NCBI GenBank assembly: GCA_019244185.1
Contig: JAFATB010000020.1
Coordinates: 1 to 64,000, forward strand
Length of the DNA stretch: 64,000 nt
From: Acidobacteriota bacterium
Lineage (GTDB): Bacteria; Acidobacteriota; Thermoanaerobaculia; Gp7-AA8
Direction of reading: 5' to 3'
Numbering within the stretch: position 1 is the stretch's first letter; every line of letters starts with the position of its first letter. The translations under genes were made by a program, and so were the position numbers. Below are positions 47,201 to 57,700 of this stretch, one piece after another. The notes below the pieces were generated by a model. The model was not told where the DNA came from. It did not search any database and saw only the letters and a program-made list of their open reading frames with translations.

Positions 47201-49569
47201 CGATTCTGCTCCGTCCTACATCCGAGAATCAGATCACCGCGGGCGCGGTGTCCTTCCTCTGGACGCCGGTGCCCGATGCGACCGGCTATCGTCTGTGGGC
47301 GTGGAAGGGCGGCTCCGATCCGGCGATCGTCGCCTCGACCACCGAGCCCAAAGCGACCGTCAACCTCGGCACCGGCACGTACGCCACGTACGTCGAGGCG
47401 CTGTTCGACGGCTGCCCGTCGACGGAGTCCGCGATCAGCGAGTTCACCGTGCTGCCGGCGCCGCCGTGCGGCACGCCCGCGCGTCCGACCGCGACGGTGA
47501 TCGGCCAGGCGCTCAGCAACACGACCTACACCGTGAGCTGGGACGCGCTGCCGAACGTCACCACGTACGAGATCCAGGAAGCGACGAAGCCCGACTTCTC
47601 CGACGCCGCCACCTTCACCACGAACGACGTCTCCAGGCGCTTCTCGCATGAGGTCACGACCGGCGTGCGGCAGTACCTCTATCGCGTGCGCGGCGTGAGC
47701 ACGTGCAACGATCAGCGCGGGCGTTACTCGGAGATCGTCGGCGTCTTCATCGTCGCGTCGAAGACGAACAACGGCAGCGCGGAAGTCGGCTCGACCGAGC
47801 ACGTCACGCAGACGGTCTTCCTCCCCGGCAGCGACGCGAATCCGCCGTTGCACTTCAGCGTCACCGCCGACAAGCCGTGGATCACCATCACGCCGTCGTC
47901 GGGCCTGCTGCCGCCTGAAGGCATCACGCTCACGATCAGCGCCGATCCCACCGCCCTCGCCCTCGGCACGAACACGGGCACGATCCACGTGCAATACACC
48001 GGCGCCGCCGCGACGCGCTTCGCGTCGCATGCGTCGACGGTGACGACCGTGCCGATCTCCGTCAGCCTCGTCACGCCGGTCGAGCCGACCGGTCAGGGCA
48101 CACCGCCGCCCGATGCGCTCATCTTTCCCGTCGTGGGACACGCCGCCGGCGTGAATGATTCGCTCTTTGAATCCGACATCCGCGTCACGAACCTCACCGC
48201 GCAGACGATGCGCTACGCGGTGAGCTACACGCCGACCGGCACGAACGGCACGCAGACCGGCAGCTCGACCGAGATCGAGATCCTGCCGAATGCGACCATC
48301 GCGCTCGACGACATCATCTCCAGCGTCTTCGGCACCGGCACAACCTCGAGCACGCTGGGCATGCTCGAGCTGCGTCCGCTCACGACGTCCGCCGACGCGC
48401 CCGCGCCGTTCGGCGCCTTCGCGTCGACGATCCGGCAGCTGACCACCGCCGCGTCGAGCCGCACGTACAACTTCACGCCGAACGGCACGTTCGGACAGTT
48501 CATCCCGGCGACGCTCTTCTCCGACTTCGTCGGCCGCTCGACGACCGGACCGAATCCGATCCTCTCGCTGCAGCAGGTCGCGCAGTCGAGCGCCTACCGC
48601 GCGAACTTCGGCTTCGCGGAAGCGTCCGGCCAGCCCGTCGATCTCAGCGTGCGCGTCTACGACACGGCGAACACGCTGCTGGCCACCATCCCCGTGTCAC
48701 TGCAGGCCGGCGAGCACCGCCAGATCAACGGCATGCTCGCGCAGAACGGCGTCGACAACCTCACCGACGGCCGCGTCGAAGTGGAAGTCGTCGGCGGCGA
48801 AGGCAAGGTCACCGCGTACGTCTCCGAGATCGACAACAAGACCAACGATCCGCTGCTCGTCTCGCCCGTCGTCAAAGGCGCGGTCGCATCGAAGCGCTGG
48901 GTCGTGCCGGGCATGGCCGTCATCAACAACGGCGTCGCGAACTGGGTCAGCGACCTGCGCATCTTCAACGCCGGCGCGGCGACCGACGCGACGGTGACGT
49001 TCTATCCGCAGGGCGACCCCGGCGCCGCGGTGCAGAAGCAGATTCACCTCGAGGCCGGCGAGATCAAGGTGCTCGACAACGTCGTCGGCTCGTTCTTCGC
49101 GCAGCCGAACGGCCTCGGCGGCGCGATCGCCATCGATACGCCGCAGGACAGCCTGCTCACCGCCACCGCGCGCACGTACAACCAGACCGGCAACGGCACC
49201 TACGGCCAGTACATCCCCGGCGTCACGCCCGCGCAGTCGGTCGGCATGAACGACCGCGCGCTGCAGCTGTTGCAGCTCGAGCAGTCGTCGCGCTTCCGCA
49301 CGAACATCGCGGTCGTTGAAACGTCCGGCGCGCCGGCGACGGTCGAGGTCACGGCCATCGTGCCCGACTCGCTCGCCTCGCCGGTGATCACGATCCCGCT
49401 CGCGGCGAACGAGTTCCGCCAGTTCTCCCTCGGCGACTTCGGCTTCACCGACGCCGCCTACAACGCGCGCGTGACGGTGAAGGTCATCGCCGGCGACGGC
49501 CGCGTGACCGCGTACGGTTCCGCGATCGACGCCACGACGCAAGACCCGACGTACGTACCCGCGCAGTAG
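44260..49569 (+). CDS. Large secreted protein with tandem Cys-containing FN3-like domains, a BACON-like domain and C-terminal repeats
   Basis: Signal peptide; repeated L.sPa.ga...pVtF.W..V.gAt.Y...W.V.A.f.gC units; ADKPWITITPSSG; C-terminal SDIRVTN / FGQFIP type repeats. Confidence 0.85.
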   Translation: MRKLFLLVLCVAVVCAFAGAAAAQCPSITPVSPGNMQSNVPRGDNGSVTLTWNAVAGANHYEVHFGPMGSGCGASPVGNVTTTHFSPDGPLDDGVMYEWRVQAIGVPTCATPPDSGCSTFTTTSCPTPPNLTAPPDTTIPYGSVTLQWDPSPNATSYEVFVGFDSYSPTTMGYTTATSKTIVVGPGHYIDWYVRARATACDDAESVHAMFNTSCPSTPPQLQSPGDGATLPASNVVNFSWTAVPGASSYDLKMSPDGGTTWNVVLSNIHTTTISESIPAGEYLWEIRANFEGDCDALYADPRTLHVVGASSCDDNHPAELLSPDNGAEHVANPVMFEWSSVPNATSYSLFVQRDNGSPQLLATTTNTHYEATLAATTVHWKVEASFDGCPGETSDIQSFTIGTDTCPANPGIATLVSPANNAGGLSSPVTFRWNPVAGATRYTVYALYPNAQPRELGDTDDTQLSAELTTGTGLWYVQTHFGDDCPTTLSDRRVFTVTTGANCTSAPPQLTAPANGAHLPTPVTFAWSDVPDATSYQLFVAVGDGGFSLYGETSDNSIERTLPTGNIKWFVVAKLAACPELRSAIGFFAVIDEVSCPDGTIALTAPAADATTSSPVHFAWSAVAGATSYRVWASSHDSVPAIVARTSATETTVGLPAGSFTFYVEALRDGCTSILSDERGFTVARAQGCENRPAPTLVFPAGTAQQPTAIHTTPVTLTWNAVPDAIGYRVWVAGDDLAFADVALTRDTHYDFEATRGSFVWFVQALFDGCDPVASARAFFTVDIAEGECPTGVPTITSPAEGATATSPVTFAWTGVDGAKKYRLLVSLNDGEPQLLGTTTDTELTRILPPGSITASVEAVFDECPSTFAARVHFTIPRSQSCSDTGAVLVTPPDGAMGVANPVDFSWQPVSGALRYVVVASLDGGAPTALGTTEDTHFSRKLPVGHIEWFVVALFASCEPVESQHFTFDIADGGACAHRAPILLRPTSENQITAGAVSFLWTPVPDATGYRLWAWKGGSDPAIVASTTEPKATVNLGTGTYATYVEALFDGCPSTESAISEFTVLPAPPCGTPARPTATVIGQALSNTTYTVSWDALPNVTTYEIQEATKPDFSDAATFTTNDVSRRFSHEVTTGVRQYLYRVRGVSTCNDQRGRYSEIVGVFIVASKTNNGSAEVGSTEHVTQTVFLPGSDANPPLHFSVTADKPWITITPSSGLLPPEGITLTISADPTALALGTNTGTIHVQYTGAAATRFASHASTVTTVPISVSLVTPVEPTGQGTPPPDALIFPVVGHAAGVNDSLFESDIRVTNLTAQTMRYAVSYTPTGTNGTQTGSSTEIEILPNATIALDDIISSVFGTGTTSSTLGMLELRPLTTSADAPAPFGAFASTIRQLTTAASSRTYNFTPNGTFGQFIPATLFSDFVGRSTTGPNPILSLQQVAQSSAYRANFGFAEASGQPVDLSVRVYDTANTLLATIPVSLQAGEHRQINGMLAQNGVDNLTDGRVEVEVVGGEGKVTAYVSEIDNKTNDPLLVSPVVKGAVASKRWVVPGMAVINNGVANWVSDLRIFNAGAATDATVTFYPQGDPGAAVQKQIHLEAGEIKVLDNVVGSFFAQPNGLGGAIAIDTPQDSLLTATARTYNQTGNGTYGQYIPGVTPAQSVGMNDRALQLLQLEQSSRFRTNIAVVETSGAPATVEVTAIVPDSLASPVITIPLAANEFRQFSLGDFGFTDAAYNARVTVKVIAGDGRVTAYGSAIDATTQDPTYVPAQ

Positions 49570-49599
49570 AGAGCGTGATCAGCGAAGGTGCCGCGGAAC

Positions 49600-50643
49600 T
49601 TACCGCGGCACCTTCGAGAGGAACGTCTCTTCGCTGATGTAGAGCGCGCACGCATCCACTTCAAAGAGATCCGAGCCGATGCTCGACGTGCGGATCAGCT
49701 GCGGCGTTCCGCCCGCGAGCGGCACGCGCATGATCGACGCGTCTTCCGAATCCACGCCGGAGCGGATGAAGTAGACCGTGCCGTCTTCGACGCGCGGCCC
49801 GCCTTCGATCGCGTCGTCGAGCACGAGCGGCGTGATCGCGCCGTCCGCCTTCGCGATGCGGAAGAGACCCGCGCCGCTATCGGTCGCACCCAGCGTGACG
49901 ATCGAGTCGCCCGCGTCGTCGATGGGACCGGCCGAGATCGCGTCCGTCACGTGCACCACCGGCCCTCCCGCTTTCGCCACGCGCCGCAGTCCCTGCGCCG
50001 GATTGCCGGTCGCATCGCCGGACTCGCTGAACCAGATGTCGTCTCCGTCGAGCAGCAGCTCGATCGGCGCGGAGAGATTCGACGCGAGCGTGACGCGTCC
50101 GACCCCGTCGTTGCGCACGCCTTCGATCTTGCCGTCCGGCTCAATGGTCTGGTTGTCGATCGAGATCGTTCCCACCGACACCCAGTACACGTACGTACCA
50201 TCGGTGGCGATGGAGAAGGGAGCGATGACATCCGACGCGATGACCTCGACGTCGGACTTCGGCCGAGGCAGCGCACCGATGATGACGTCCGGCTTCTGGA
50301 TCTTCAGGATCGCGCCGGCCGGCAGCGGATCGTCGAAGGTCGGCGGAATCGCGCCGATGTAGATGTGCGTGCCGTCGACCGTCATCGAGAGCACGAGCCA
50401 GTCGGAGAGATCGGCGATCTCCTCCACCTCCCCGCCGTTCTTCGGCACGCGATACAGCGACCCGAAGTCTTCGGCGAAGTACACGTAGCGATCGTCCGTC
50501 GTGAAGACGCTGGTCACCGTCTCCGCGAGCGGCGCGTTGAGGAACACGCAGCGCGAGCCGTCGCCCGGCGTGACGGCGCGATGTTTCGCGAAGGCGGGCA
50601 ACGCGAGAGCGAATGCGAGCACGAGCAGCGCTTGTTTCTTCAT
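49600..50643 (-). CDS. Secreted beta-propeller repeat protein
   Basis: Signal MKKQALLVLAFALALPAFA-KHRAV; repeats DDRYVYF, DGTHIY, DGTYVYW, RVPKNGG. Confidence 0.75.
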   Translation of the reverse strand: MKKQALLVLAFALALPAFAKHRAVTPGDGSRCVFLNAPLAETVTSVFTTDDRYVYFAEDFGSLYRVPKNGGEVEEIADLSDWLVLSMTVDGTHIYIGAIPPTFDDPLPAGAILKIQKPDVIIGALPRPKSDVEVIASDVIAPFSIATDGTYVYWVSVGTISIDNQTIEPDGKIEGVRNDGVGRVTLASNLSAPIELLLDGDDIWFSESGDATGNPAQGLRRVAKAGGPVVHVTDAISAGPIDDAGDSIVTLGATDSGAGLFRIAKADGAITPLVLDDAIEGGPRVEDGTVYFIRSGVDSEDASIMRVPLAGGTPQLIRTSSIGSDLFEVDACALYISEETFLSKVPR

Positions 50644-50781
50644 CGGTGCGCGGAGTCTACGCCGCACGATTCACGGAACCTGGAAAACATCCGTGAACGC
50701 CGTGGCGGCTTCATCCGCCGCACGCGCTCATGACAAGATGCGGGCGCGCCCTATAATGCGCGCCGCACACGGAGGTACCCC

Positions 50782-52173
50782 TTGGCAGAACAGCAATACG
50801 ACGTACTCATCATCGGCAGCGGACCGGGCGGCTACGTCGCCGGAATCCGCGCCGGGCAGCTCGGTCTCAAAGTCGGCGTCATCGAGAAGGATCCCTTCCT
50901 CGGCGGCACCTGTCTGCACCGCGGCTGCATCCCCACGAAATCGCTCCTCGAGAACGCCGACATCTGGCAGAAGATCCAGAAGGCGAAGGACTTCGGCATC
51001 ACCGTCGGCGACGTGACGATCGACTTCTCGCAGGTTCAGAAGCGCAAGCAGAGCGTCGTCGACAACAACGCCAAAGGCATCGAGTTCCTCTTCAAGAAGA
51101 ACAAGGTCGAGCGCATCACCGGCTTCGGCAAAGTCATCGACCGCAACACCGTCGAGGTCGACGGCAAGAAGCTCAAGACGAAGAACATCCTGCTCGCGAT
51201 GGGCTCCGTGCCGAAAGACCTGCCGCACATCAAGGCCGACGGCAAGCGCATCATCAACTCCGATCACATCCTGAACCTCGACCACATCCCCGCGTCGATG
51301 CTCGTCATCGGCGCCGGCGCCGTCGGCTCCGAATTCGCGTCGATCTTCTCGCGCTTCGGCACGAAGACCACCATCGTCGAAGTGATGCCGCAGCTCCTGC
51401 CGATCGAAGACGAGGAGATCGCGAAGGAGTTCACGCGCATCTTCAAGAAGAAAGGCGTCGACGTCCTCACCGATGCGAAAGTGCTGTCGTGCGAGGTCAC
51501 TGACAGCGGCGTGAAGTCCGTCGTCGAGACCAAAGGCAAGCAGCAGACGATCGAGACGGAGCTCGTGCTCTCCGCGACCGGCCGCGGCCCCGTGACGTCG
51601 AACTGCGGACTCGAGAACCTCAAAGGCGTGCAGCTCGACAAGCGCGGCTACATCAGCGTCGATCCGCTCATGCGCACCGGCGAGCCGAACGTCTACGCGA
51701 TCGGCGACATCGTCCCCACGCCCGCGCTCGCGCACTGCGCGTCCGCCGAAGGCATCCTCGCCGTCGAGCACATCGCTGGCAAGGAAGTGCGTCCGATCAA
51801 CTACGACCACGTGCCGAATGCGACGTACACCGACCCCGAGGTTGCGTCGGTGGGCCTCACGGAAAAGAAGGCGAAGGAACGCGGGTACGACGTGAAGATC
51901 GGCAAGTTCCCGTTCACCGCGAACTCGAAGGCGAAGATCGTCGGCGAGGCGAGCGGCCTCGTGAAGTACGTCGTCGACGCGAAGTACGACGAGATCCTCG
52001 GCGTGCACATCGTCGGACCGAAAGCGACGGAGCTGATCGTCGAGGCGTGCGCCGCGCTGGAGCTCGAGGCGACCAGCGAGTCGATCGCGAAAACCATTCA
52101 CGCGCATCCGACGCTCTCCGAGGCGCTCATGGAAGCGGCGGAGGACGTCGCGGGACACGCGATTCACTACTGA
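50782..52173 (+). CDS. lpdA: Dihydrolipoyl dehydrogenase (E3)
   Basis: GSGPGGY, GGTCLHRGCIPTK, GAGAVG, HAHPTLSE. Confidence 0.96.
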   Translation: MAEQQYDVLIIGSGPGGYVAGIRAGQLGLKVGVIEKDPFLGGTCLHRGCIPTKSLLENADIWQKIQKAKDFGITVGDVTIDFSQVQKRKQSVVDNNAKGIEFLFKKNKVERITGFGKVIDRNTVEVDGKKLKTKNILLAMGSVPKDLPHIKADGKRIINSDHILNLDHIPASMLVIGAGAVGSEFASIFSRFGTKTTIVEVMPQLLPIEDEEIAKEFTRIFKKKGVDVLTDAKVLSCEVTDSGVKSVVETKGKQQTIETELVLSATGRGPVTSNCGLENLKGVQLDKRGYISVDPLMRTGEPNVYAIGDIVPTPALAHCASAEGILAVEHIAGKEVRPINYDHVPNATYTDPEVASVGLTEKKAKERGYDVKIGKFPFTANSKAKIVGEASGLVKYVVDAKYDEILGVHIVGPKATELIVEACAALELEATSESIAKTIHAHPTLSEALMEAAEDVAGHAIHY

Positions 52174-53192
52174 TGACTGAAGTTCTCACCAGCACCAACA
52201 CCCACGGTCTCGAGCGCGATCAGCTGCTCTCGATCGACTACTACCTGCGCCTCACGCGCACGCTCGAAGAGCGGCTCGTGGCGCTCTTCCGCCAGGCTAA
52301 AGTCATCGGCGGCCTGTATCGCTCGCTCGGCCAGGAAGGCGAATCGGTGGCCGCGGCGTTCGCGCTCGACTACAAGCAGGGCGACGTCGTGCAGCCGCTC
52401 ATCCGCAACATGGGCGCGATCCTCGTCGCCGGCGCCAAGCCGGCCGACATCATCAAGCAGTACATGGCCAAGGGCGACAGCCCGACGCGCGGCCGCGAGC
52501 TGAACATCCACTTCGGACATCCGGCGCGCGACGGCTTCATCGGCCAGATCTCGCAGCTCGGCGACATGATTCCGGTGATGGCCGGCATCACGCTCGCGGG
52601 CCGCATGCAGAAGAAGAACCTCGTCGGCCTTGCCTTCATCGGCGACGGCGGCTCGTCGACGGGCGCGTTCTACGAAGGGATGAACTTCGCGAGCGTGCAG
52701 CAGTTGCCACTCGTCGTCGTCATCGAGGACAACGGCTTCGCGTACTCGACGCCGACCAGCAAACAGACCGCGGCGAAGACGCTCGCCGACAAGGCGTACG
52801 CGTTCGGCTGCGCGGGCGAGACCGTCGACGGCAACGACGTGCTGGCGGTGTACGGCGCCGCGAAACGCGCCGTCGATCGCGCGCGCGCGGGCGGCGGCGT
52901 CACGCTCCTCGAGGTGAAGACCTTCCGCATGAAGGGTCACGCGGAGCACGACAACCAGGCGTACGTCGAGCCGGAGCTGATCGAGCAGTGGAAGGCGAAG
53001 GATCCGGTGGCGCGCTACGAGCGCGTGCTCCTCGAGCTCGGCGCCGCGACGCAGGACGACTTCACGCGCATCCAGGAGCGCGTGCGTCACGAAGTCGACG
53101 TCGCCACGGACGAAGCCGAACGCTCGCCGATGCCGAAGCCGGAAGAAGCAACGCGAGGACTCTTCGCGGGAGACGGATACTGGGATGCCTGA
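52173..53192 (+). CDS. 2-oxoacid dehydrogenase E1 alpha subunit (PDH/BCKDH type)
   Basis: GQEG, TPP motif GDGGSS...EDNGFAYST, VDGNDV, RMKGHAEHD, KDPV. Confidence 0.93.
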   Translation: MTEVLTSTNTHGLERDQLLSIDYYLRLTRTLEERLVALFRQAKVIGGLYRSLGQEGESVAAAFALDYKQGDVVQPLIRNMGAILVAGAKPADIIKQYMAKGDSPTRGRELNIHFGHPARDGFIGQISQLGDMIPVMAGITLAGRMQKKNLVGLAFIGDGGSSTGAFYEGMNFASVQQLPLVVVIEDNGFAYSTPTSKQTAAKTLADKAYAFGCAGETVDGNDVLAVYGAAKRAVDRARAGGGVTLLEVKTFRMKGHAEHDNQAYVEPELIEQWKAKDPVARYERVLLELGAATQDDFTRIQERVRHEVDVATDEAERSPMPKPEEATRGLFAGDGYWDA

Positions 53193-54159
53193 GACGACTT
53201 ACCTCGACGCCATTCGCACCGCGATGATCGAGGAGATGGCGCGCGACGAGCGCGTGTTCCTCATCGGCGAAGACGTCGGCGCCTACGGCGGCGCGTTCAA
53301 GACCAGCGCCGGGATCCTCGACCAGTTCGGACCGGGACGCGTGATCGACACGCCGATCTCCGAGGTGGCCATCGTCGGCGCGGCGTCGGGCGCGGCGCTG
53401 ATGGGCATGCGCCCGATCGCGGAGATGCAGTTCATCGACTTCATCACCGTCGCGTACGACATGCTCGTCAACTTCACGGCGACGTCGCGTTACCGCGTCG
53501 GCAGCGCGTGCCCGCTCGTCGTGCGCGGACCCGCGGGCGGCGGCGTGCACGGCGGCCCGTTCCACTCGCTGAATCCCGAGGCGATGTTCATGAACCGGCC
53601 CGGCCTCAAGATCGTCGCGCCGGGCACGGCGTACGACGCGAAGGGGCTCATGAAGGCCGCGATCCGCGACGACGATCCAGTCATCTACATCGAGCACAAG
53701 TACCTCTACCGCCGCATCAAGGAAACGCTGCCGGAAGACGACTACATCGTGCCGATCGGCAAGGCCAACCGGCGTCGCGCGGGCAAAGACCTCACGATCG
53801 TGACGTGGGGCGCGATGATCTATCTCGCCGATGAAGTGGCAGACGAGCTGGCGAAGGATTTCATCTCGACGGAGATCCTCGACCTGCGCTCGATCCTGCC
53901 GTTCGACGAGGAGGCGATCCTCGAGTCGGTGGCGAAGACGAACCGCGTACTGATCCTGCACGAGGCGCCGCTCACCGGCGGCGCGGGCGCGGAGTTCGCC
54001 GCCCGCATCGCGGAGAAGGCGTTCGACTATCTCGACGCGCCGATCAAGCGCGTGGGCGCGCTTGACGTCCCGACGCCGTACTCGCCCCCGCTCGAAGCCG
54101 CCGCACTGCCGGACAAGACGCGCGTGCTCGCCGCGGCGCGCGAGCTGCTCGCGTACTGA
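53185..54159 (+). CDS. 2-oxoacid dehydrogenase E1 beta subunit
   Basis: GEDVG, DTPISE, EMQFIDF, GPFHS, AKGLMKAAIRDDDPVIYIEHK, LDAPIKR. Confidence 0.94.
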   Translation: MPETTYLDAIRTAMIEEMARDERVFLIGEDVGAYGGAFKTSAGILDQFGPGRVIDTPISEVAIVGAASGAALMGMRPIAEMQFIDFITVAYDMLVNFTATSRYRVGSACPLVVRGPAGGGVHGGPFHSLNPEAMFMNRPGLKIVAPGTAYDAKGLMKAAIRDDDPVIYIEHKYLYRRIKETLPEDDYIVPIGKANRRRAGKDLTIVTWGAMIYLADEVADELAKDFISTEILDLRSILPFDEEAILESVAKTNRVLILHEAPLTGGAGAEFAARIAEKAFDYLDAPIKRVGALDVPTPYSPPLEAAALPDKTRVLAAARELLAY

Positions 54160-54200
54160 GGGGGGGTCTAGGTCTGCCTGGATCGCGCGAGCCACGGCGG

Positions 54201-54770
54201 CTACGCAGCGTGCTTCGCACATCCGCTGAAGCGCGTCGGCGGCGAAAGCGCCCGCCGATCGCGTTCGCCAACGTCTGCGCGTTGATCGCGAAAGCAGAGG
54301 ATGTCGAGCCTTCCGTCGCGCGCGGTCACCGACGCGACGTGACGCAACCAGATGATTCGATTGGAATTCGCGTTGCGATGCAGGCGTGGCACGCGAATAC
54401 AAATGCCGAAGACCGATCCAATCGTCACCGTCCGAGCGCCGTCGCCCACGCGTACCGCAGTCACATTCGCTGACAGAGGAAGCCTGAAAGCGAAGCTGCC
54501 GGAATAACCGCCCGGCTTGTCCTTGGGTTGTATTGCGGATCCATATACGCGCACCAAAACTTCGTCGCCATCTTGAATATGGGTAATGCGCGTAATCTTT
54601 CCTCCACCATTTCTTAGCGTGCCAGACACTAGTAGGCTCCGACCATTTTGCGGGACGGCGTGAAGGTCCACCAAACTGCTGGCTGGGTACACGTAAGTAC
54701 GCCGAAAACCGACGAGTATGATTATCAACCCCGCGCCTAACACCGGCACAATGTATTTCATGGTCTTCAA
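54201..54770 (-). CDS. Putative Rhs immunity protein (membrane-anchored)
   Basis: Start overlaps the Rhs stop (TTG 54770, or ATG 54761); N-term hydrophobic MKYIVPVLGAGLIIILVGF; noticeably AT-richer sequence. Confidence 0.55.
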   Translation of the reverse strand: MKTMKYIVPVLGAGLIIILVGFRRTYVYPASSLVDLHAVPQNGRSLLVSGTLRNGGGKITRITHIQDGDEVLVRVYGSAIQPKDKPGGYSGSFAFRLPLSANVTAVRVGDGARTVTIGSVFGICIRVPRLHRNANSNRIIWLRHVASVTARDGRLDILCFRDQRADVGERDRRALSPPTRFSGCAKHAA

Positions 54771-57700
54771 TTGCGGCTCCTCCAGCGTACAACGCGTGCG
54801 CCTAATCCGCGATTCGCAGCTCGGAGATGTCTCGCCAGTGTCGCCGGATTATGATAAACATCGCCGGGGTCGAAATCCGTATATCGTTCGCCGGTGGCCG
54901 CAGCCCACGCATCAGCAGCGAAGCCGCTACACGGATGGGTCGCCTGCCAAGCACCCGTACCGAGTGCCCGGTATCGTTCGACTGTCTTGCGGAGGGCGGC
55001 CTCCTGTTGGTCGTCGATCCACATGGTTCGACTGACCACATCGTACTCGCCTGTTCGCTCAAAATAGTCGCTCCGATGATCCAGTTCCCAATTTTCGTTC
55101 AGTCCCCGCGACGCCTTTACTCCGAAGCCAAACGTCCCCCACGATGTGGCCTCACCGTCGTCCGACTGATAGACGATGAACGCGTGGCCATCCCACACAG
55201 GAGCAGAATTGCCGGCGTTTGCTTCGCTGTAAATCGTGACATAACCCGACAAGCCATCCGGATCCGACGCATTGACGGCGTTCGCGTGGCTGTACCGGTA
55301 AAGATTCCTATCGCCACCGCCGAAGCCGGTCGGATCCGCCTGCGTATACCGCCCCCACCCCGCCCTGTACCACCGGAAGATGTTGTAGTTCGTGTCGCTA
55401 CGCGAGGCTGTTTGTTCCTGACCGGGGAACCGCAGGATCTGATCCGAGGTAGTGCCGGTGCGTTGTTTGTAGACGGCGCCGAACGGCTCGTACTCCGCGC
55501 GCCAGACGACGCTGGCGTCGGCGTCGGTCTGGAGAATGGGAGTACCGAGGTGGTCGGTGAAGGTGTAGAGGACGTCGCCGGCGGGTGAGACCTGGGCGAC
55601 CGGCTGGTCGTCGAACCAGACGTAGTCGGCGCTCAGGTCGGTGCAGCCGTGCAGGCCGCAGTTCTGGTCGGGTGCGTTGCGCGCCAGAAGGTGCAGTTCG
55701 GGTGAGTACACGAAGGTGCTCGTCGACGACGATTGGCTGGCGTGGAATGTCTCCGTGATACGCACGCCGCGGCCGTCATATTGGTATGTGGTGCCGCTGC
55801 TCAGCGAACCGACGGATTGCAGGAGGTTTCGCGCGCTGTAGCTGCCGGACGAGGTCTCGTTGCCGGCGCTGTCGTACGTCACGGTCGCAGGCGCGGTTCC
55901 GCTGACGGACTGCAGCTTCGGCGTCGTTCCAGAGTAACTGAACGTCAGCGAGCGGGTGCCGAGGGTGAGCGTCTGCATGTTGCCCATCGCATCGTACGTG
56001 TAGCTGCCGGTGCCCCAGAGCGACGCGCCGCCCGTCGCGGTGACGAGGCGGTGGAGATCGTCGTAGGCGAAGTCCCGATTGTACGCCGCGCTGGTGGCGT
56101 CGTGGATCTGCGTGATGTCGCCGGCATCGCTGGTCGCATACGTATAGTGCGCGATCGTGCCGTTCGGTCCGACGAGTTGGTTGTCGGACGGCAGGTAGCG
56201 GCTGGTGTAGGTCGTCGTCTTCGTGGCACCGTTGCCGAAAGCGAGTTGCGTCGCCGGGCCGAACGGCAGATATGACGCCGCCGTGACGACCGGCGTTCCG
56301 GACGCCGTGACACTCGAAGGGCGGCCGGCGAAGTCGTAGGTATAGGTCACATCGAGCGTGGACGGATAATAGATGTGATTGCGGTTGCCATCGAGGTCAT
56401 AGCGGTAGCCCACGGACGATCCGTTTCCGTCGATGGTCGTCAGGAGAAGGCCGCGGCGGTCGTAACAATACGCCGACTCGCCGACGGGATCGTTCATCGT
56501 GGTGAGCCGGCCGACGCCGTAGCCTCCCCCGCACGCATCGCCATCGTATTCGTAGGTCACGGTCTCCGTATCAGCGCCGGAGCGCGCCGACTCTGCTTCG
56601 GTGAGGCGCCCAACGGCATCGTACGTGCGCGTGGTCGTAGCACCGTTGGCGTCCGTCATGGACGTCAGATCACCGCCAGCGTCATAGACGTAGGTCGTGG
56701 TGCCGGTGACGGGGCTGACCTGCCGCAGAAGCTGACCGAAATCGTCGAACGTGTACGTGGTGATGTTGCCGTTCGGATCCGTGACCTGCGAGACATTGCC
56801 GGCAACGTCAGATGCGTATTGCGTGACGACGGAGCCCGAGGTCGAAGACGAGAGCGTCTGCGTCACCGACCGCACGCGACCGGCCGGATCGTACGCATAT
56901 TGCGTGTTCGGTGTGCTGTGGTTCTCGTCCTGAATCGTGGCGATGCGGTCGGACGGATCGTACGTGTACGAGACGAAGGTGTTATCGGCGTTCACCGCGT
57001 GTGCGATGCGGGACAAAGTATCGTACGTCCACGATGTGCGGTGCTTCTCTGCCCACGCATTATTTTCACGCGCGAGCGCACGCTGCTGGCTCGGTTTGCC
57101 GGTGGCCGCGTCGTAGTCGTACTCGAGACGCTCGCGCAGGTCATTGAGCGCCGGCCCACGCGAGATCGCGCTGATTCGGCCGCGGTCGTCGTACTCGTAC
57201 GCCGTCGCCGCGCCCGTCGGTTTCGTGACGCTCGCGAGCGCGGCAGCGCCGTTGTACGTCCACGTCGTGGTGAGATTGGTCGCGCACAGCGGATCGTACA
57301 CGGTGTCGCAGCCGTGGCCGCCCTGGATCGTTTGCGTCAGCACGCGGCCCAGATCATCCGTCGCCGTTACGGTGACGACCTCGTTCGGATCGACGATGCG
57401 TGTCGCGTTGCCAAACGCGTCGTAGGTCTCGAACCGGGTCACGTGACCGGCGGCATCGCGCGTGGCGGCGAGGCGTCCGCGCGCAAAGGCAGGGACCGTG
57501 CTCTCGTTCGGGTAATAGACGTACTCCGTTACGTCCGCGACATCCGTTCTCGGGCCGTCGACGGACCTCGGCAGATGCGGCTGCGGCGACGCCGTCCACG
57601 TGAAGGCCCCACCCGGCTCGAACGCCGCGCCCTCGGTGCCGTCGTACATCGCGGTCGTGGTCGTACGCGTCGTCTGCTGCTGCGTCACTGAACCCGTCCA

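Noticed and set aside
44236-48141. 1301-aa - strand ORF
   Set aside because: Arg/Gly-rich antisense shadow of the secreted repeat protein.
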